A stretch of DNA of 14,896 nt, taken from assembly GCF_006345805.1 (NCBI RefSeq), contig NW_021825586.1, positions 1 to 14,896 of the forward strand, written 5' to 3'. The stretch is from Octopus sinensis. Lineage: Eukaryota. Under the pieces are notes generated by a model. It was not told the origin of the DNA, searched no databases, and worked only from the letters and a program-made list of their open reading frames with translations. Shown in pieces: positions 9,857 to 14,896 of the stretch. The translations under genes and the position numbers were made by a program. Each line of letters starts with the position of its first letter. The stretch's first letter is position 1.

Positions 9857-10739
9857 AATGTTGGATAAAATATATGCATACATACAAACATATATGTACG
9901 TACCTACATCTACATGTATATATACATGCATATATAAATATATATACGTGTGTACAGGACACCACAAATAGACGTAGAACTCAACGAGAAACGAAAAGGT
10001 AAAAACAGCATGGAACGGACCATTTTTTTAACAACGAAAAAACAGAGTACAAGACAACTACACAAGGAAAAATCCCCTTCATCAGCTATCCCTAGTTCAA
10101 CTGCAGCCTGTTTCGAAGGTTATATATATATATATAAATATTTATCTGTATTCCTTTATACAATGTGCCCTTCCTGTTTTAAGAGAGTAGATTTGTAACT
10201 TGACAGCAGTGTCTTTACTGTTTGTGCTTCATCAGAATTCAAGGCATAAGGTACTGTACAGTAAAGTTTGTCCACTCATATACTGCCCTTGATGCTAACA
10301 ATAAACATTATATGATTGTTGTCTCCCCTCATTCCATTAACCAACAAAAAAGGTAAAAAGAAAAATTAATCAACCGACTAACCGATAAACCGTCCACCCG
10401 ACCAACCGACCACTGACAAACCGACCAACAAGCAAGTCGACCATCCTCTCTTTGGCTACCAGCGTTGCAAAGTCGCTGTCTTCTCTCTTGGTCTCGCCCC
10501 AGATTCCATACCACCCCTACCTCCTAACACCCCACCTCATACACTCTCACAGACGCGCGCGCGCACACACACACACACACAAACAAACACATCCACCCGT
10601 GTACCCGGAGTTTAAGTGGTTTAGTCTGAAGTCAAAAACCATACAAACAGCCATTGAACAGTTGACGACTGCTGAGATCGGATACCCGTAATTATGTGGC
10701 AGGGTGTACTTTTAATTCTTTTACAATAGCCTCCATCTC

Positions 10740-11397
10740 ATACACACTCAACACCACCACACACATACCCAACACTTACTTACACCTGCCTTATCTCCCC
10801 TCTCCCTTTCTCTTTCTCTCATAATCTCTCTTTCTCCCTTTCACACACACATTCTTTGAGTCTCTCTTCTTTATTTCATACACACTCCCCCTTTTTCTTT
10901 CGCTCACATTCTCTCTCTCTTTTTCTTACTCTCCCTCTCTCAACCGTTCTCTTTCTTTTTTAACACCTTTTCTCTGACTCTTCTTCATATTTTCTTTACT
11001 CTCTTTTTCACTCCCTCTCTTTTTCACTCCCTCTCTTTTTCACTCCCTCTCTTTTTCACTCCCTCTCTTTTTCACTCTCTCTCTCTTTTCCCTCTCTCTC
11101 TCTCTCTTTCATTCTCACTGCTTCTCATCCCAGCTCATATTATTCTCTCATCATTTCTCTCTCTGTCAGGCTCTTCTTCCCACATTTTCTTTCTCGCCCT
11201 CTCTCCCCTCTCCCTTTCTCCTCTCTCTCCTCTCTCCTCTCTCCTCTCTCTCCTTTCTCTCCTCTCTCTCCTCTCTCCCCCTCTCTCCTCTCTCCTTTCT
11301 CTCCTTTCTCCCCGCTTTCTATCTCTCTCATCTCACCTCTCTCCTCTCTCCCTCTCTCCTTCTCCCGCTATTTATGTCTCATTCTCCCTCACCTTCT

Positions 11398-11444
<47 letters not shown>

Positions 11445-11745
11445 AATCTTTCTCTCTCTCAGCCCCTCCCTCAACCATTTTCTCTTTTGTCTATCTTTCT
11501 TACTCTTGGTAGTAATCTTTCTCGCTATAATTTCTCCCTCTCACACATATTTACTATATCTCTATTTCTCGCACCCACTTATTCTCTCTCTCTCTTTTTC
11601 TCTCTCTCTCTCTGCCTTTGACTATCTCACTTTATCCGTTTCATTTCTCTCACCCTCACATCTCTCACTTTTTTTTTCTCTCTCTCTCTCTCTCTTCCAC
11701 CTATTTGCATACATCCACTATCCTTTTCCACACGACTATCTTTGA
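10740..11745. repeat. ~1-kb polypyrimidine (CT-rich) low-complexity tract
   Basis: The plus strand is overwhelmingly C/T with very few G. Confidence 0.95.
11001..11080. repeat. 16-bp minisatellite CTCTTTTTCACTCCCT x5
   Basis: Units start at 11001, 11017, 11033, 11049 and 11065; the last has one mismatch. Confidence 0.95.
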
Positions 11746-11779
11746 AATTCTCCACCAGAAACATTACAATCTACGATAA

Positions 11780-12316
11780 TCTTGTTGACGTTCAGCCCTA
11801 GGCCGGACCTGATCCAGCAGACCTATAACTGAGACTAATTATGACACAAGGCCAGCAAATTTGAGAGATGATTGGTAGTAGAGCTTGCTAGAAATTGCAG
11901 TTAAAATCTCTTAAATCACACTAGTGAAATATAAGCGGATGAGCCAGCTGGGGTGCATCTATGATCTGCTAGAAATAGCAACGAAATCTCCTCTCTCAAA
12001 ATATTTTATACCTTTAAAGAAGGACATATATAATATGAACTTTAGTTACCTTACAAAGATCGTTTAGTCACGTGTGGAACTATTTTCATAACAAATCTGC
12101 TCGAACAAGGCTGATCCATGATGGCTAAACAACAACCTCAAAGTGGTTGCATAAACCGCTAGAAATAACAATGAGATTTTTAAATTACACCATTACAGTC
12201 ATAATGACTGAAAGATAACATTAAATTATGTAGTCCAAGATAGCCCTAAAAAGACGAGACAGTCTTGTCTGGGTTGTCTTTCGTTATGATTACTCAATCA
12301 AAAGTTAGCTTAGGGT
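11780..12316 (+). mobile_element. Cluster of repeat family C (SINE-like, (AAC)n-tailed) partial copies
   Basis: GCTAGAAAT head motif at 11887, 11968 and 12158 with shared downstream words. The middle copy ends ggctaaacaacaac (~12123-12136). An inverted tail-like segment lies at ~11780-11830. Confidence 0.55.
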
Positions 12317-12524
12317 TACGCTGCAGCGTAGCTAGTGTGTCTCTCGGGGACAGCCCTAGACCCCGCCCCTAATACTTGGATCCTTGGGTGCATAGAAGAC
12401 TATACGGACTGATACAACTGACCTAAAAGTGCCGTCCCAATAAAATCCTGACCCAGGGCATACATATCGCCTCATCTCCAGCAGCGCTACTGGTTAGACA
12501 AAAAGAAAGTAATAATGATAATCG

Positions 12525-12720
12525 ATTTCAAATTTTGGCACAAGGCCAGTGTGTTCAGGAGAGGGTGTTAGTCAATTAGATCGACCCCAGTGTTTCACTG
12601 GTACTTTATTTATCGACCCCGAAAGAATGAAAGAGAAAGTAGACCTCGACAGAATTTGAATGCAGGACATAAAGAAGAAAGAGATGCCGCTAAGCATTTT
12701 GTCCGGCACGCAAACGATTC
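12525..12720 (-). mobile_element. SINE family B, older copy lacking its first ~15 nt
   Basis: tcgaccccagtgtttcactggtactttatttatcgaccccgaaagaatgaaag core plus tail ttcaaattttggcacaaggccag. Confidence 0.85.
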
Positions 12721-12940
12721 TTATTTCTTTATTTTCCACAAGGGGCTAAACATAGAGGGGACAAACAAGGACAGATAAACGGATTAAGTCGACTATATCG
12801 AGCCCAGTGCGTAACTGCTACTTAATTTATCGACCCCGAAAGGATGAAAGGCAAACTCGACCTCGGCGGAATTTGAACTCAGAACGTAGCGGCAGACGAA
12901 ATACCGCCCGGCGTGCAAACGTTTTAACCAGCTCGCTACC
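12721..12940 (-). mobile_element. SINE family B, young copy
   Basis: Near-identical to 9217-9448 apart from a short deletion near 12905. Confidence 0.93.
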
Positions 12941-13130
12941 TTAATATGAATAATAATTATCACGAACAAATCTGTCGTGTATTAACTATTATTTGAAGAT
13001 CCTCCAATCAGAGAGTATATCTATTGCATTATTTTGTCGTCTCTCCTTTCTGATTGGTTGTCATTCTAAGACATGCAGTGATTAGTTGAATGAACAAACA
13101 ACTAAGTCACTGTTATTTCACTGAGCAAGA

Positions 13131-13330
13131 GACGTGGAATGGCAGAATCAGCAATGTCGAAACAATTGCATTGTGTTATTCTGACGTATGAGTTCAAATC
13201 CCACCGCGATCAAATCTGCTTTTCAACCTTCTGGAGTCGATAAAATAAAGTATAAGACAAGGGCTGAAATTAATAACATTGACAACCCGCTCTTATCAAA
13301 TTTCTGGCCTTTTGCCTAAAATACAAAGCG
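13131..13330 (+). mobile_element. SINE family B, old diverged copy
   Basis: tggcagaatc head, gagttcaaatccc B-box, ttttcaaccttctggagtcgataaaataaagta core, ctggccttttgcctaaaat tail. Confidence 0.75.
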
Positions 13331-13421
13331 TTGTCTTCCTACACAAGTGCCACAGTCGAAGGTGGAAAACAAAGAAATGATGAAGCGCCGTTCTAAACAA
13401 TTTGTTATTTTTAGTCTTCCC

Positions 13422-13652
13422 TATTCTTTTTCTTTTATTCGTTTACTTGTTTCAGTCATTTGATTGCGGCCATGCTGGAGCACCGTCTTTAGTCGAACAA
13501 ATCGCCCCCAGCACTTATTCTTTGTAAGCCTAGTACTTATTCTATCGGTCTCTTTTGCCAAACCGCTAAGTTACGGGGACGTGGACACACCAACATCGGT
13601 TGTTAATCGATGGTGGGGGGAAAAAACACAGACACACAAATACAGACATATA

Positions 13653-13690
<38 letters not shown>

Positions 13691-13864
13691 TGTGTGTGTA
13701 CGATGGGCTTCTTTCAGTTTCCGCTTACCAAATCCACTGACAAGGCTTTGGTAGGCCCGAGGCTATAGCAGAAGACACTTTCCCCAAGGTGCTACACAGT
13801 GGGACTGAACTCGTAACCATGTGGTTGGGAAGCAAGCTTCTTAACACATAGTCACTCCTGCGCC
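13422..13864 (-). mobile_element. SINE family A, full-length
   Basis: Collinear with the reverse complement of 8107-8505, with a central (TG)n at ~13645-13700. Confidence 0.93.
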
Positions 13865-13933
13865 TATATAGCCACTCCTGCACCTGTGTAGCACCTTGGG
13901 GAAGTGTCTTCTGCTATAGCCTATACATATAGC

Positions 13934-13969
<36 letters not shown>

Positions 13970-14054
13970 TCACATGTGTATGTGTGAACATATACACATA
14001 AATGCGTACATATATATACACTTATACCCACACACATATACATACATATATATA

Positions 14055-14126
14055 TCCTACGTGGTCTAGTGGTTAGGATTCCGCGGTCTCACCACGGCGG
14101 CCGGAGTTCGATTCCCCGCTTGGGGA
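14055..14126 (+). tRNA. tRNA-Glu (anticodon CTC), degenerate; likely pseudogene
   Basis: 72-nt cloverleaf closely resembling eukaryotic tRNA-Glu: A-box TGGTCTAGTGG, anticodon CTC at 14088-14090, T-loop TTCGATT. Mismatches in the acceptor (C6:T67), anticodon (C:A) and T (A:C) stems, T1:G72, and G at position 32. T-tract at 14135-14142. Confidence 0.85.
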
Positions 14127-14184
14127 AACGTAACTTTCTTTTGTTGTGGTGCACTGTAGACAATAACTTCATTATTATATTATT

Positions 14185-14229
14185 TATATATATATATATA
14201 TATGTATGTATATATATATATTATATATA

Positions 14230-14289
<60 letters not shown>

Positions 14290-14295
14290 TATATT
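14185..14295. repeat. (TA)n microsatellite
   Basis: Directly visible. Confidence 0.95.
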
Positions 14296-14344
14296 CACGC
14301 ATACACGAACATACAATCACACATAATACATGGTTGATATGCTT

Positions 14345-14520
14345 GTTAATGTTGTGACCAATCAGCCTTGATCTACCATGTTCACGACCAGAAGCGTACC
14401 ATCCGTGGCCATTTCATCTTCATTTGCCCAGAACTACATAATCAATACTTTTCATTATTCATACATACCAGAAGTATGACCTGAAGGAAATTCAGCTGCT
14501 GTTTCTAACAAGTGACTCCT
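14345..14520 (-). mobile_element. Repeat family C, diverged copy
   Basis: gaaattcagctgctgtttctaac (14487-14510) matches the reverse complement of the GCTAGAAATAGCA head; tcagccttgatc resembles the tail. Confidence 0.45.
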
Positions 14521-14561
14521 TTGCAAGCTCTTTGACGGCGGGAATATTCGGTGGTGGAAAC

Positions 14562-14665
14562 GAGAGAGAGACAGAGAGAGAGGGATAGAGAGAGAAGGAG
14601 TACAAAGAGAGAGAGAGAGAGAGAGAAAGAGAGGGAGAGGGAGAGAAAGAGAACAAAAAGAGAGA
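14562..14665. repeat. (GA)n-rich polypurine tract
   Basis: Directly visible. Confidence 0.95.
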
Positions 14666-14896
14666 AAAGAAACTCTTAAATTTATCATTCGGCTTTTTGG
14701 AAATGACAGACAATCACTCCACCTCCTTCTCGGTAGATGTCAGCACGGTCAGAGTTCATAATAGAAAAGTTGTACACTCTCTTATGTCAGGAGATTAAAA
14801 AAAAAATTGCTAAAGATCTTTTATTTATATCGAGAACAATGGTGAGTCAAAACATCAAACAAATAGTGTAAAGGGGATAGGCTTTCTGTCCTTCAC

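Noticed and set aside
11001-11080. Regular repeats as a CRISPR array
   Set aside because: Head-to-tail units with no spacers, eukaryotic context, no cas genes.
12310-12318. TTAGGG telomeric motif
   Set aside because: Single unit only.

Overview
Very AT-rich, microsatellite-dense eukaryotic non-coding DNA (intron or intergenic). The repeat families match my recollection of octopus (coleoid cephalopod) genomic repeats; this taxon call is inference, not a search result. No intact protein-coding gene is supported: nearly all supplied ORFs are translations of (TA)n, (TG)n, (TCTA)n, (CT)n or (CAT)n tracts. The window is a layered TE graveyard: three SINE-like families in many copies and both orientations, a hAT MITE with a perfect 8-bp TSD, two Tc1/mariner transposase remnants, an RTE-type LINE remnant, a ~1.4-kb element with ~119-bp inverted arms between (TA)n tracts, and a degenerate tRNA-Glu(CTC). 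Most notable: the long-inverted-arm element, a degenerate hammerhead-like motif, a local inverted duplication at a SINE head, and young SINEs nested in older relatives. I cannot support a novel multi-gene system here. All alignments and counts are by eye.
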